Shown: positions 9,388 through 18,308 of the stretch, in pieces
Layout: every line of letters starts with the position of its first letter
How positions within the stretch are numbered: the first letter of the stretch is position 1
Assembly (NCBI GenBank): GCA_035577985.1
Contig: DATJZY010000014.1
Coordinates: 569-64,568 of the forward strand
DNA from: Candidatus Eiseniibacteriota bacterium
Lineage (GTDB): Bacteria > Desulfobacterota > Binatia > DP-6
Length of the DNA stretch: 64,000 nt
Direction of reading: 5' to 3'
Notes under the pieces: generated by a model
Seen by the model: only the letters and a program-made list of their open reading frames with translations
What the model was told of the DNA's origin: nothing
The model's database searches: none
Program-made: the position numbers and the translations under genes

Positions 9388-9909
9388 CTAGTCGCGGCGG
9401 AAGTCGGTCACCGGTGAGCGCGCTCGGAGCGAATGGCGGGCCCGGAGCGCCATCACCGCGTCGTCGTCGGTGAGGGCGCGGCTCTGCCACGCGAACTCCA
9501 GCATGAGGCCGTTCGGGTCCTTGAAGTAGATGGACTCCATCCACCCCTCGTGGTCGACGATCGGCGTCACCCTGACGCCCTTGGCGAGCAGCGCGTTGCG
9601 CTTCGCGACCAGGGCGGCGTGCGACTCGACGTCGAACGCGAAGTGGTAGAACGCGTCGGGCACGCCGAGGCCGCGGTTGATGCCGGCGTCGTACTCGGCG
9701 GGGACGCCGGGAACGCCCTTCGGCTCCATGAAGGCCATCATCTGGCCGTTCCCGCAGTCGAAGAAGACGTGACGGATACGGCCGCCCTCCTCGAACTCCA
9801 TGATGTCGCAGCGCACCGCCCGGAAGCCGAGCACGCCCTCGTAGAAGGCGCGCGTCGCGTCGAGGTCGAGCGTCGAAAGGCCGACGTGCGAAAAGCCCTT
9901 GGGTGTCAT
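9388..9909 (-). CDS. VOC (glyoxalase/bleomycin resistance/dioxygenase) family protein
   Basis: FSHVGLSTLDLDATRAFYEGVLGF ... HFAFDV ... SIYFKDPNGLMLEF is the typical VOC fold pattern. Confidence 0.85.
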   Translation of the reverse strand: MTPKGFSHVGLSTLDLDATRAFYEGVLGFRAVRCDIMEFEEGGRIRHVFFDCGNGQMMAFMEPKGVPGVPAEYDAGINRGLGVPDAFYHFAFDVESHAALVAKRNALLAKGVRVTPIVDHEGWMESIYFKDPNGLMLEFAWQSRALTDDDAVMALRARHSLRARSPVTDFRRD

Positions 9910-9949
9910 GGTCCCTCCTACGTCGCAGGACGGCCCCGATGGATCTCCC

Positions 9950-10891
9950 CTACCCCTTCTTCTGCGCGGCCGCCGCGGCGGCCGCCTTCATCGCGGGCGT
10001 GACCGGAATGCCGGGTACCGAGAGGTGCTCGAAGAACGCCGCGTCGAAGTTCTTCGCGATCTCCCCGGCCGACCAGCCGCCTTCCTTGAACATGGCGGCG
10101 AGCGGCTTCGGCGTCTGGAAGAGGGTGTAGGCGTAGCCGCGGCGACCGAAGATCTGGCCGTTGACGTGCTTCGCCTCCTCGGACGCGACGTAGGCGACGA
10201 TGGGCCCGTTCAGATCGGGGTTCATCTCCGGCGGCACCGGACGGCCTTCCATGCCGGGGATCTGGCCCACCATGCGGGTCATGCCGGCGGGCGCGAGCGC
10301 GTTGGCCGTGATCGAGTACTTGCCCTCGGCGTTGCCCTTCATGTGCTCGACGGCGATGACGAAGGTGAGCCCCATGAGCCCGGCCTTGGCGGCGCCGTAG
10401 TTCGCCTGCCCGAAGTTTCCGCGCAGGCCGGCGCTCGAGACGATGTTGATGATGCGGCCGTAGCCCTTCTCGCGCATGTGCGGCAGCGCGTGCCGGCAGC
10501 AGTTGAAGCCGCCGTAGAGGTGGACTTTCAGGACCGCGTCGAAATCTTCGGGCGCCATGTTGACGAGCTGCTTGTCGCGCAGGATGCCGGCGTTGTTGAC
10601 CAGGATGTCGATGCGTCCCCACTTGTCGACCGCCGCCTTGATGATGTTCCCCGCGCTGTCGAACTCGGCGACGCTGTCGTAGTTGGGAATCGCCTCGCTG
10701 CCGAGCGCGGCGATCTCCTTGCAGACCCCCGCCGCCGGATCGGCGTCGGTGCCGCGCCCGTCGGTCGCGCAGCCGACGTCGTTCACGACCACCTTGGCAC
10801 CCTCGGTCGCGAGCGCGAGCGCGATGCCGCGCCCGATGCCCCGGCCCGACCCGGTGACCACGGCGACCTTGCCTTCGAGAAGCTTGCCCAT
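9950..10891 (-). CDS. SDR family oxidoreductase (MFE-2-type dehydrogenase-like)
   Basis: TGSGRGIG Rossmann motif, NNAG, and catalytic YGAAK. GGAGG lies 4 nt before the ATG. Confidence 0.9.
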   Translation of the reverse strand: MGKLLEGKVAVVTGSGRGIGRGIALALATEGAKVVVNDVGCATDGRGTDADPAAGVCKEIAALGSEAIPNYDSVAEFDSAGNIIKAAVDKWGRIDILVNNAGILRDKQLVNMAPEDFDAVLKVHLYGGFNCCRHALPHMREKGYGRIINIVSSAGLRGNFGQANYGAAKAGLMGLTFVIAVEHMKGNAEGKYSITANALAPAGMTRMVGQIPGMEGRPVPPEMNPDLNGPIVAYVASEEAKHVNGQIFGRRGYAYTLFQTPKPLAAMFKEGGWSAGEIAKNFDAAFFEHLSVPGIPVTPAMKAAAAAAAQKKG

Positions 10892-10932
10892 CTGTCCTCC
10901 GATGCGGTGTGGAAGTGCGTCGAAAGCGGGTC

Positions 10933-10961
10933 GGCTAACACGCGCTCGGAAGGGGTGTCAA
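10933..10961 (-). promoter_or_regulatory. Candidate sigma-70 promoter for the SDR gene
   Basis: Minus strand reads TTGACA-N17-TTAGCC (or N18-TAGCCG), about 40 nt upstream of the GGAGG/ATG and just after the upstream stop codon. Confidence 0.35.
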
Positions 10962-10982
10962 TCGAACGACCGATCGGTCCTG

Positions 10983-11657
10983 CTACTCGGCGACCTCGAC
11001 CGCGACCTTCCCGAGCGGGCCGAAGTCGGCCTCGATCTTGTCTCCCGCCCGGACGGACAGGGGCTGGATGAGCGATCCCGCGATGATCCAGTCGCCCGCC
11101 TCGAGCCACTCCCCGTAGCGGGCGAGGAGCCCCGAGACGTGGCGCAGGACCGCGCCCGGATCCATCGCCAGGAGCTTCGGCTCGCGACGCGAGACCTCGG
11201 TGCCGTTGCGGTAGAGGTGCGGCCAGGAGCTGCCGTCGAGCGACACCGGCGGCACCTCGGCGCCGAGCACGACGGCCTCGTGGTAGATGTTGTGCTCGAG
11301 CGCCCCCTCGAGCGAGTTGGCGGGCAGACTGAAATTCACGAGCTCGAGCGCGGGTGCCTGGAGCGACACCGCCCCGCCGCCGACGTGGAGCGCGATCTCG
11401 GCCTCGACGAAGACGCGCGTGCCGCGACGGAGCACGTAGCGATCGCCGGAGCGCATCGCGCGATCGCCCGCGAGCCAGCCGATCGCCGGCTCGGCGAGGC
11501 CGAGGCGCTCGAGCATGCGCGGATCGTTGATGCCGATCTTCCAGCCGAGGCGCGGCATGCCCTCGTTCAGCGCGTGACGGAAGTTGCGGAGCTGAGCCTC
11601 CATGCCGCGATCGAGCTGCCCCCTCACCTCTTTCGCGGTCGGCCGTTCGGTCTGCAT
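10983..11657 (-). CDS. 2-keto-4-pentenoate hydratase / fumarylacetoacetate hydrolase family protein
   Basis: GWKIGINDPRMLERLGLAEPAIGWL and a C-terminal GDWIIAGSL pattern. Trimmed to ATG 11657 (MQTERPTAKE). Confidence 0.75.
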   Translation of the reverse strand: MQTERPTAKEVRGQLDRGMEAQLRNFRHALNEGMPRLGWKIGINDPRMLERLGLAEPAIGWLAGDRAMRSGDRYVLRRGTRVFVEAEIALHVGGGAVSLQAPALELVNFSLPANSLEGALEHNIYHEAVVLGAEVPPVSLDGSSWPHLYRNGTEVSRREPKLLAMDPGAVLRHVSGLLARYGEWLEAGDWIIAGSLIQPLSVRAGDKIEADFGPLGKVAVEVAE

Positions 11658-11740
11658 CGCGCTTCCGGTGCGCACCACTCTGGCATGCTTCCGGGAGCTT
11701 CGAAACCCGAGGTTGTTGGACACCTGGGCCGCGGGCCCGG

Positions 11741-12766
11741 ATGATGGCCGCTCGGATGCAGGATCGCCTCGTCTTCCTGATCGGCGCCCCGCGCTCGGGA
11801 ACGACGCTGCTGGCGCGCATGCTCTCGGCCCACTCGCTCGTCTACGGCCGCGCCGAGCCGCACGTCGTCACGCCGCTCGCCCACCTCGGCTACTTCGGGA
11901 AGGTCCAGAAGGCGCCCTACGATCCCAACAACGTCGAGCAGGCGATCCGCGAGATCGTCGCCGAGCTTCCGCGCGGCGAGGCCGGCTATCTCGACGCGCT
12001 GCGCGCCTACACCGACTCGGTCTACGGCCAGCTCCTCGAGCTGGCGCCGGCGGAGAAGCGCTTCTTCCTCGACAAGACGCCCGCCTACGCGCTCGTCCTG
12101 CCGTTCCTGACGAAGCTCTATCCGGGCGCCCGCTACGTCGTGCTGACGCGCCACCCGCTCGCCGTGCTCTCGTCCTACGCCGAGTCCTTCTTCGACGGCG
12201 ACTATCGCGTCGCGATCACGCACAATCCGATCCTGCAGCGCTACGTGCCCGCGCTCGCGAGCTTCGTGCGCGACCGTCCGGTGCCGCACGTGTGGGTCAA
12301 GTACGAGGAACTCGTGAAGGATCCGGAGACGCACTTCCGGCGCGTCTGCGAGCACCTGGGGATCCCGTTCGAGGAGAAGGCGATCAGCTACGGCGAGAGC
12401 GGCGAGGAGTGGAAAGGGCTCGGCGATCCGACCGGCGTCGCGCGGCACGCGCGACCGGTGACCTCGTCGGTCAGCAAGTGGGCGGCGGAGATCGCGTCCA
12501 ACCCCGAGGTGCTGGGGCTCGTCGCCGGCGTGCTCGACGAGCTCGACCCCGCCGACCTCGAGACGCTCGGCTACGCGCGCGAGAAGATCGTGGCCCAGCT
12601 CGAAGCCGCGACGGGCGCACCGGTGCCCGTGAAGGCGAAGGGGCCGCTGCGCTATCGCGTGGAGCGGAAGGTCCTGGTCGCGCTGCGCCGGAACATCCAC
12701 GAGAACGCGCTGGGGCGCGTCCTCGGACGGCTCCGCTTCGCCCTCGACGTCCTGTTGCGCGAGTAG
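11741..12766 (+). CDS. Sulfotransferase family protein
   Basis: PAPS-binding loop GAPRSGTTLL and RHPLAVLSS. The start may instead be ATG 11756. Confidence 0.85.
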   Translation: MMAARMQDRLVFLIGAPRSGTTLLARMLSAHSLVYGRAEPHVVTPLAHLGYFGKVQKAPYDPNNVEQAIREIVAELPRGEAGYLDALRAYTDSVYGQLLELAPAEKRFFLDKTPAYALVLPFLTKLYPGARYVVLTRHPLAVLSSYAESFFDGDYRVAITHNPILQRYVPALASFVRDRPVPHVWVKYEELVKDPETHFRRVCEHLGIPFEEKAISYGESGEEWKGLGDPTGVARHARPVTSSVSKWAAEIASNPEVLGLVAGVLDELDPADLETLGYAREKIVAQLEAATGAPVPVKAKGPLRYRVERKVLVALRRNIHENALGRVLGRLRFALDVLLRE

Positions 12767-12790
12767 GGATCGCCGCCGCATCATGCGCGG

Positions 12791-14605
12791 ATGCGGCGAG
12801 CGACGGCTCTGGCACTGGCCATCTCGCTCCTCGGCGGATGCCGGGGGGGACGGACGGAAGAGGTTCGGGTCGCGGATCCCGCCTCGCGACGTCCGACCAC
12901 GAGCGGCGAGGTGGTGGGCTTCGTCGGACGCTACGGGAGCTTCGTCTGGATGGGCATTCCGTTCGCCGCCCCGCCGGCCGGCGAGCACCGCTGGCGCGCG
13001 CCGGCGGCGCCCGCGGCGTGGACGGGCGTGCGGGAGGCGATCGCACCCGGCTCGGCGTGCGTGCAGTACGCGAGCCCGTTCGGCGGCGTCACGACCGCCA
13101 AAGTGAACACGGCGGTCGGCAGCGAGGATTGCCTGTACCTGAACGTCTGGGCGCCCAGGACCGCGACGCCCGCCTCGCGCCTCCCGGTCATGGTATGGAT
13201 CCACGGCGGCGGCAATTCGATCGGCGCCGGGAGCTTCTACGACGGCGGCAACCTTGCGACGCTGCGCGACGTGGTGGTCGTGTCGATGAACTACCGGCTG
13301 GGACCGTTCGGCTGGTTCCGGCACGAGGCGATCCGCGCGAGCGCCACCAGCGACGTCGAGCGCTCGGGCAACTTCGGCACGCTCGACCTCGTCCGCGCCC
13401 TCGAATGGGTGCGCGACAACGTCGCCGCGTTCGGCGGCGATCCGTCGCGCGTCACCATCTTCGGCGAGTCGGCCGGCGGCATGAACGTGCTGAGCCTGCT
13501 CCTCTCGCCGCAGGCGCGCGGGCTCTTCCAGCGGGCGATCGTCGAGAGCGCCGGCGTGCGCATGGCGGACCCCGTCCTCGCCGAGGCGTCCGCCGACGGG
13601 CCGTCGCCGGTCGCGAACAACAGCTCGAACGAAGCGCTGGCGCGCCTGTGGGTGCGCGACGGCCGCGCCACCGATCGTGCCGACGCGAAGGCGCGCCTCG
13701 CGACGACCGCGCCCGCCGAGATCGCGGGCTACCTGCGCGCCGAGGACGCCCTGAAGCTCCTCGAGGCGTATCAGCCGCTCCCCGGCATCGGCATGATCCG
13801 CATGCCGCTCGTCTTCGCCGACGGGACCGTGCTGCCGAGCGACGGGCCGGTGGAACGCCTGCGGCGGGCGGACGGATGGAATCGCGTGCCGGTCATGATC
13901 GGGACCAACCGCGACGAGAACAAGCTCTTCATGTTCGGCGATCCGCGCTGGGTGCGGTGGTGGCTCTGGATCCTGCCCCGCCTGCGCGATCCGGAGCGCT
14001 ACGACGTCACGGCCGAGATCATGTCGAAGATGTGGAAGGCGAACGGCGCCGACCAGCTCGCGACCGCGATGCGGGCGTCGGGCGCGGCAAACGTCTACGT
14101 CTACCGCTTCGACTGGGACGAGGAGTCGACGCCCCTCGGCACCGATCTGCCGCGCATGCTGGGCGCGTGCCACGGATTCGAGATCCCGTTCGTGTTCGAC
14201 CACTTCGACTTCGGCCGCGACGGCCGAGCGCTGTTCACCGAGGCGAACGAGCCGGGGCGGAAGGAGCTCTCCACGGCGATGACGTCGTACTGGACGGCGT
14301 TTGCGGCGACCGGCGACCCCGGGCGCGGTCGCGACGGCGCCCTGCCCGAATGGCCCGCGTGGAGCGCTCCGCCGCGCTTCATGGTTCTCGACACGACGGC
14401 CGGAGGCGGTGTGCGAACGTCGCCCGACACGGTCACGCGCGAGAGCGTCCTCGCCCTGGTCGAGTCCGATCCGCGGCTCCCGACGCCGCGCGATCGATGC
14501 ATGATCTACCACGACCTCGTCGACTGGACGGACGCGATGACGCGCGCGTCGTACGAGGCCAAGTGCCCGGACCTGCCGTTCGACGGCTACCCCTGGGGTA
14601 GCTGA
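12791..14605 (+). CDS. Carboxylesterase/lipase family lipoprotein (type B)
   Basis: Lipobox LLGGC, EDCLYLNVW, HGGG, and the nucleophile elbow FGESAGG. Confidence 0.9.
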   Translation: MRRATALALAISLLGGCRGGRTEEVRVADPASRRPTTSGEVVGFVGRYGSFVWMGIPFAAPPAGEHRWRAPAAPAAWTGVREAIAPGSACVQYASPFGGVTTAKVNTAVGSEDCLYLNVWAPRTATPASRLPVMVWIHGGGNSIGAGSFYDGGNLATLRDVVVVSMNYRLGPFGWFRHEAIRASATSDVERSGNFGTLDLVRALEWVRDNVAAFGGDPSRVTIFGESAGGMNVLSLLLSPQARGLFQRAIVESAGVRMADPVLAEASADGPSPVANNSSNEALARLWVRDGRATDRADAKARLATTAPAEIAGYLRAEDALKLLEAYQPLPGIGMIRMPLVFADGTVLPSDGPVERLRRADGWNRVPVMIGTNRDENKLFMFGDPRWVRWWLWILPRLRDPERYDVTAEIMSKMWKANGADQLATAMRASGAANVYVYRFDWDEESTPLGTDLPRMLGACHGFEIPFVFDHFDFGRDGRALFTEANEPGRKELSTAMTSYWTAFAATGDPGRGRDGALPEWPAWSAPPRFMVLDTTAGGGVRTSPDTVTRESVLALVESDPRLPTPRDRCMIYHDLVDWTDAMTRASYEAKCPDLPFDGYPWGS

Positions 14606-14668
14606 CGCGGATTGGCGCCCGGGGACCGACTTCGCTATTCATCCCGCCGATCGCACACACCCTCATCA

Positions 14669-14689
14669 GCGGGTGCCTTCGGCACCCGC
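14669..14689 (+). terminator. Hairpin after the esterase gene
   Basis: gcgggtgcc-ttc-ggcacccgc, a 9-bp perfect stem. There is no U-tract. Confidence 0.35.
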
Positions 14690-14708
14690 GCCTTCATGGA
14701 GACGATTC

Positions 14709-15170
14709 ATGGACGACAAGGAGCTCGAAGCCAAGATCAAGGCGCTCACGTTCTCGAGCGGCAAGAACAACATGACGCTCGAGGACATGGCGACGATCCA
14801 ACCCGGTCTCGCGCGCATCATGCCCGAGATCGGCGCGCGCACCTGGAAGCTCTTCTACGCCGCCAAGCTCCAGAACTGGCCCATGGCCAAGTTCCAGTAC
14901 AAGGAGATCATCGGCCTCTTCGAGCTGGGCGCCTTCATGCGTCCCAAGCACGAGGCCGCCCTCAACCAGTACATGGAAGAGAACTGGAAGCCGCTCGAAG
15001 CGACGATCGCGGACAAGGACTTCCCGGCCTTCGAGAAGGCGTTCCACGCCGCCATCGACGCCGCGAACGCGTACCACGAGCTGAAGGAGAAGCCCTACAT
15101 CTACTGGAAGCTGCCCGACACGCCGCCGCCCGACCTGGACCTGCGCCCGCGCGGCGCGGCCAAGAAGTAG
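14709..15170 (+). CDS. Hypothetical protein
   Basis: ORF 14673..15170 trimmed to ATG 14709 (MDDKELEAKIKALTF), with GGAGA 6 nt upstream. Composition is balanced and not Arg/Ala junk. Confidence 0.7.
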   Translation: MDDKELEAKIKALTFSSGKNNMTLEDMATIQPGLARIMPEIGARTWKLFYAAKLQNWPMAKFQYKEIIGLFELGAFMRPKHEAALNQYMEENWKPLEATIADKDFPAFEKAFHAAIDAANAYHELKEKPYIYWKLPDTPPPDLDLRPRGAAKK

Positions 15171-15176
15171 GCGCGG

Positions 15177-17102
15177 TCAGTCCCCGCCACCGCCGCCGCC
15201 GACGCAGTAGCCGTGCAGGTAGTCGGTGACGGCGGTGATGTCGGCCGCGGAGAACCTCGGGTAGCTGGGCATCTCGTCCGGACCGGACCGGATCGCGTCG
15301 GACATGTCGCCGGCGCTCTGGCACTGGATCTCGGGGCCGTGGACACCGCTCGAGTCGCGGCCACCGCCGCCCGTGGGACCGTGGCACGAGGCGCAGTTCG
15401 AGACGTAGAGGTCGGCCGGCCGATCGGGCCCGCTCGCGGCGCAGAGCCCGTCCAGGTACGTCTGCACGCCCGTCACGTCGGCGTTGGACAGCTCGATCGC
15501 CGTGAAGGCCGGCATGGCGCCGGCGTTCCGGCCGCGGCGAACCGCGTCGGCGATGTCGACGGCGCAGCGCACGTTCGGATCGCCGTTGGCGCCGCGGCCG
15601 TCGGCCGCGTGACAGGCCCCGCAGTTGCTCGTGTAGAGATCCACGCCCGTGCGACCGCTCGCGTCGCAGAGTCCCGTCAGGTACCCGGCGAGCGTCGCGA
15701 TGTCGGCGTCGCTGAGATTGGCGAACGCCGGCATCGCGTCCGGACCGGTGCCCTGTCCGAGGCGCACCGGGTCGTGGATCTTCACCGCGCAGCGCACGTC
15801 GGGCCGGCCCTGGACGCCGCGCGCGTCGGTGCCGTGACACGAGCCGCAGTTCGACTCGTAGAGATCGGCCGGCCGATCGATTCCGCTCGCGGTGCACAGC
15901 CCGGCGAGATACGCCTCGATGCTCGCGACGTCCGCATTCGACAGCTCGGCGGACGAGTACGCCGGCATGTCGCTGCCCTTGCCGCTGCGAACGGCGTCGT
16001 TGACGTCCGACGAGCAGCGCACGTTCGGGTTGTCGCCGACGCCGCGCGCGTCGGCGCCGTGGCACGTCGAGCAGTTGCTCGTGTAGAGATCCACGCCCGT
16101 GCGGCCGCTCGCGTCGCAGAGGCCCGCGAGGTAGCCCGCCAGCGTCGTGATGTCGGCGTCGGTCAGGTTGTCGAACTTCGGCATCGCGTCGGGGCCCGTG
16201 CCCTTGCCGAGGCGTACCGGGTCGTGGATCTTCACCGCGCAGCGGATGTCGGGGCGACCCTGGAGCCCGCGTGCGTCGTCGCCGTGGCACGACGCGCAGT
16301 TGTCGGCGTAGAGCTGCTGCTCGGGCGAGCCGCTTCCCGGCCCGCCGCCCGGCGGGCCGCCGCATACGCCCTGCACGACGAGGTCGACCCAGTGCCGCAG
16401 GATCTGCTCCTCGGGGCTCCCGGCCACGAGGCGTTGGCCGCCGCCGTGGGGGATGAGGTTCAGGGGCTTGCGGAGAATGCGCGACGCGTCCGGATTGGCG
16501 ACGTTGATGTGAAGCGCCACGCTGGCCTGCGTCGCGAGCGGATCGCCCGGCGTCACGCGGAAGGTCGTCATCGCCGCCTGCCCGGTCGCGCTGTGGCAGG
16601 CCTGGCAGACGGGCACCAGCACCTTCGGCATCACCTCGTCGGTGAAGTACGAGTTGTCGCACGCCGGCGGGCCTCCACCGCCCGAGGAGTCGGTCGTGCG
16701 GCGCGTGAGTCGCATCCGTCCACGGACCTTCATCCCGGGTCGCGCGAGCAGCGCCCGACCGCGGAGCCCGTCGGCCGTCACCTTGCCGAGCCACACGAGG
16801 CGCGTCCCGTCGGTGCTCGCGCCCACGAGGCGCACGCGGCGCCTGCGGACGCGACCCTGCATCGTGTAGATCGTCGACGCGCTCATGCTCATCGCACCCA
16901 GCGCCAGCGTGCCGGTGACGGTCGAGCCGAACGCCTGGAGCGCACCCGCCACGTCTGCAGTTTCTTGCGAGTGCGCGACCGTGACCTGACCTTCGTACGA
17001 GGCCGTGAGGTCGACCGCCGCGGACGCGGCGTCCCCATCGGGCGCCCACGCGAGCGCCAGGAGTGCCAGAATCAGCGCGCGGGTGCGAACGGCGATACGC
17101 AT
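15177..17102 (-). CDS. Secreted multihaem c-type cytochrome with six CxxCH motifs, five of them in tandem class-I-like domains
   Basis: Haem motifs: CQACH, CASCH, CSTCH, CGSCH, CGACH, CASCH. Each ~75-aa domain also has an xMP Met ligand and two further Cys. Signal peptide: MRIAVRTRALILALLALAWA, starting at ATG 17102. Confidence 0.9.
   Translation of the reverse strand: MRIAVRTRALILALLALAWAPDGDAASAAVDLTASYEGQVTVAHSQETADVAGALQAFGSTVTGTLALGAMSMSASTIYTMQGRVRRRRVRLVGASTDGTRLVWLGKVTADGLRGRALLARPGMKVRGRMRLTRRTTDSSGGGGPPACDNSYFTDEVMPKVLVPVCQACHSATGQAAMTTFRVTPGDPLATQASVALHINVANPDASRILRKPLNLIPHGGGQRLVAGSPEEQILRHWVDLVVQGVCGGPPGGGPGSGSPEQQLYADNCASCHGDDARGLQGRPDIRCAVKIHDPVRLGKGTGPDAMPKFDNLTDADITTLAGYLAGLCDASGRTGVDLYTSNCSTCHGADARGVGDNPNVRCSSDVNDAVRSGKGSDMPAYSSAELSNADVASIEAYLAGLCTASGIDRPADLYESNCGSCHGTDARGVQGRPDVRCAVKIHDPVRLGQGTGPDAMPAFANLSDADIATLAGYLTGLCDASGRTGVDLYTSNCGACHAADGRGANGDPNVRCAVDIADAVRRGRNAGAMPAFTAIELSNADVTGVQTYLDGLCAASGPDRPADLYVSNCASCHGPTGGGGRDSSGVHGPEIQCQSAGDMSDAIRSGPDEMPSYPRFSAADITAVTDYLHGYCVGGGGGGD
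15621..16310. repeat. Intragenic tandem duplication with a 450-nt period (two-domain cytochrome unit)
   Basis: gcagttgctcgtgtagagatccacgcccgtgcg recurs at 15621 and 16071. The flanking ~240 nt are nearly identical between the two copies. Confidence 0.8.
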
Positions 17103-17124
17103 CGGTGGATCTCGGCGCTTTTGC

Positions 17125-17140
17125 AGCAATTGCCCTGCCA
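17125..17140 (-). promoter_or_regulatory. Sigma-54 (-24/-12) promoter candidate for the multihaem cytochrome gene
   Basis: Minus strand reads TGGCAG-GGCAA-TTGCT, in the 45-nt gap after the upstream stop. There are 23 nt between TTGC and the ATG, the same spacing as at 35685..35700. Confidence 0.55.
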
Positions 17141-17147
17141 ACGGACG

Positions 17148-17702
17148 CTATGTCGTCGGCGTCCGTCCTCCGCGGGCCACCGTGTTTCCTAAAGCCTTGA
17201 TGAAGTCACGAAGCCGCGCTCGGACGAGGCCCCGGCGCGGCTCGATTCCCGTGCGCAGGAATGCCAACACGCCGGCGGCGCTGACGCGGCCCGCGGTTCG
17301 ATCGATCGACCGGTAGCGCACCGTACGATCGCGTCCGATCACGAACACGGACGGCACCGCGATGCCGCCGTGCTCTTTCGGGTTGTAGATGTCCCACGCA
17401 CGGACGACCTCACGGCGCTGGTCACAGAGGATCGGAAAGCCGAGGCCCAGTTCGCGGCGCACGGGCTCGGAACGGCCCGCGTCGTCAACGGACACGGCGA
17501 CGAGGTCCGCGCCCAGCGCGCGGAGCGTGTCGCGTTGCGCCTCGTACTCCGCCAACTGGCGAAGACAGAACGGTCACCAGTGCCCACGGTAGAAGATGAG
17601 GACGAGGTCGCGCGTCGCCGTGAGCGCGGAGAGCGCACGCGGCGCGCCGGTCGTGTCGGGAAGGATGAAGTCGGGCGCGGTCTGACCGACCTCGGGCGTC
17701 AT
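17148..17702 (-). CDS. Peroxiredoxin-like (PRX_like2/AhpC-TSA) thiol oxidoreductase with in-frame TGA at the catalytic Cys position; candidate selenoprotein
   Basis: Translation from ATG 17702: MTPEVGQTAPDFILPDTTGAPRALSALTATRDLVLIFYRGHW-TGA(17576..17574)-PFCLRQLAEYEAQRD.... It runs in frame into listed ORF 17148..17555. The family motif FxRGxWCPxC places the TGA on the first Cys. Confidence 0.65.
17547..17564 (-). promoter_or_regulatory. Candidate bacterial SECIS hairpin
   Basis: CUUCGCC-AGUU-GGCGGAG, 7 bp including one G-U pair. It starts 9 nt after the UGA, and the G/U-containing loop begins 17 nt after the UGA. Confidence 0.45.
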
Positions 17703-17715
17703 CTGCCTGCGCTCT

Positions 17716-18297
17716 CTACCGATCGGGCAGCAGCGAGTCCACCTCGATCCGCACGTCGGTGAACGCCGCGAGATCGATCGTGTCTCCGCGGCGCGCCGTC
17801 GTCACGCGGCGGTAGCGGCGTCCTCGCCGATCGGGCCGCCGCCGGATCTCGACCGTGTCGTCCCGCAGGTTGACGATCCAGTAGTCCTGGACGCCGCGCG
17901 CCGCGTAGATGGCCGCCTTGGTCAGGCGATCCTGGGGTAGCGACGATTCCGCGACCTCGACGACGAGGAGTGCGTCGGTGGGATGCGCGTGGTCGTAGGC
18001 GTGATCGTCGCCCACCGCCATGACGACGTCGGGCTCGGGTACGGACGCCGGTGGCAAGACGAGCGAGGACTGGCAGCGGAGGGTCGCCCGCGAGCCCACG
18101 GCTCGCAGCAGGGCGCGGAAGACGTGATTCACCGCAGCATCGTGCCGCGCCGTCCGGGGAGCCATCGCCACCACCACCCCTTCCAGCAGCTCGACGCGAT
18201 CCTCCTCTGCCAGCACGCCCCGCGTGGTGAGCGCGAGGTACTGCTTGACGGTGAGTCGCTTCGATGCCGCGGGTTCCTTGCGGGCGGGCAGCGTCAC
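17716..18297 (-). CDS. Uma2 (DUF820) family endonuclease
   Basis: LTVKQYLALTTRGVLAEEDRVELLEGVVVAMAP ... ALLVVEVAESS ... KAAIYAARGVQDYWIVN. GTG 18297 was chosen as the first start after the upstream stop. Confidence 0.75.
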   Translation of the reverse strand: MTLPARKEPAASKRLTVKQYLALTTRGVLAEEDRVELLEGVVVAMAPRTARHDAAVNHVFRALLRAVGSRATLRCQSSLVLPPASVPEPDVVMAVGDDHAYDHAHPTDALLVVEVAESSLPQDRLTKAAIYAARGVQDYWIVNLRDDTVEIRRRPDRRGRRYRRVTTARRGDTIDLAAFTDVRIEVDSLLPDR

Positions 18298-18308
18298 GGC
18301 TGCGAAGC

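Noticed and set aside
11602-14601. Very long listed ORFs (999 aa on plus; 962 aa on minus at 11624..14512) spanning the sulfotransferase and esterase genes
   Set aside because: Their translations are Arg/Ala/Pro/Gly-rich low-complexity strings typical of off-frame or antisense reading of high-GC coding DNA. The same DNA encodes two proteins with clear family motifs (GAPRSGTTLL, FGESAGG) in another frame.
15621-16310. Tandem DNA repeats that might suggest a CRISPR array or satellite
   Set aside because: The period is 450 nt with no spacer/repeat structure, and the repeats are in-frame cytochrome domains.
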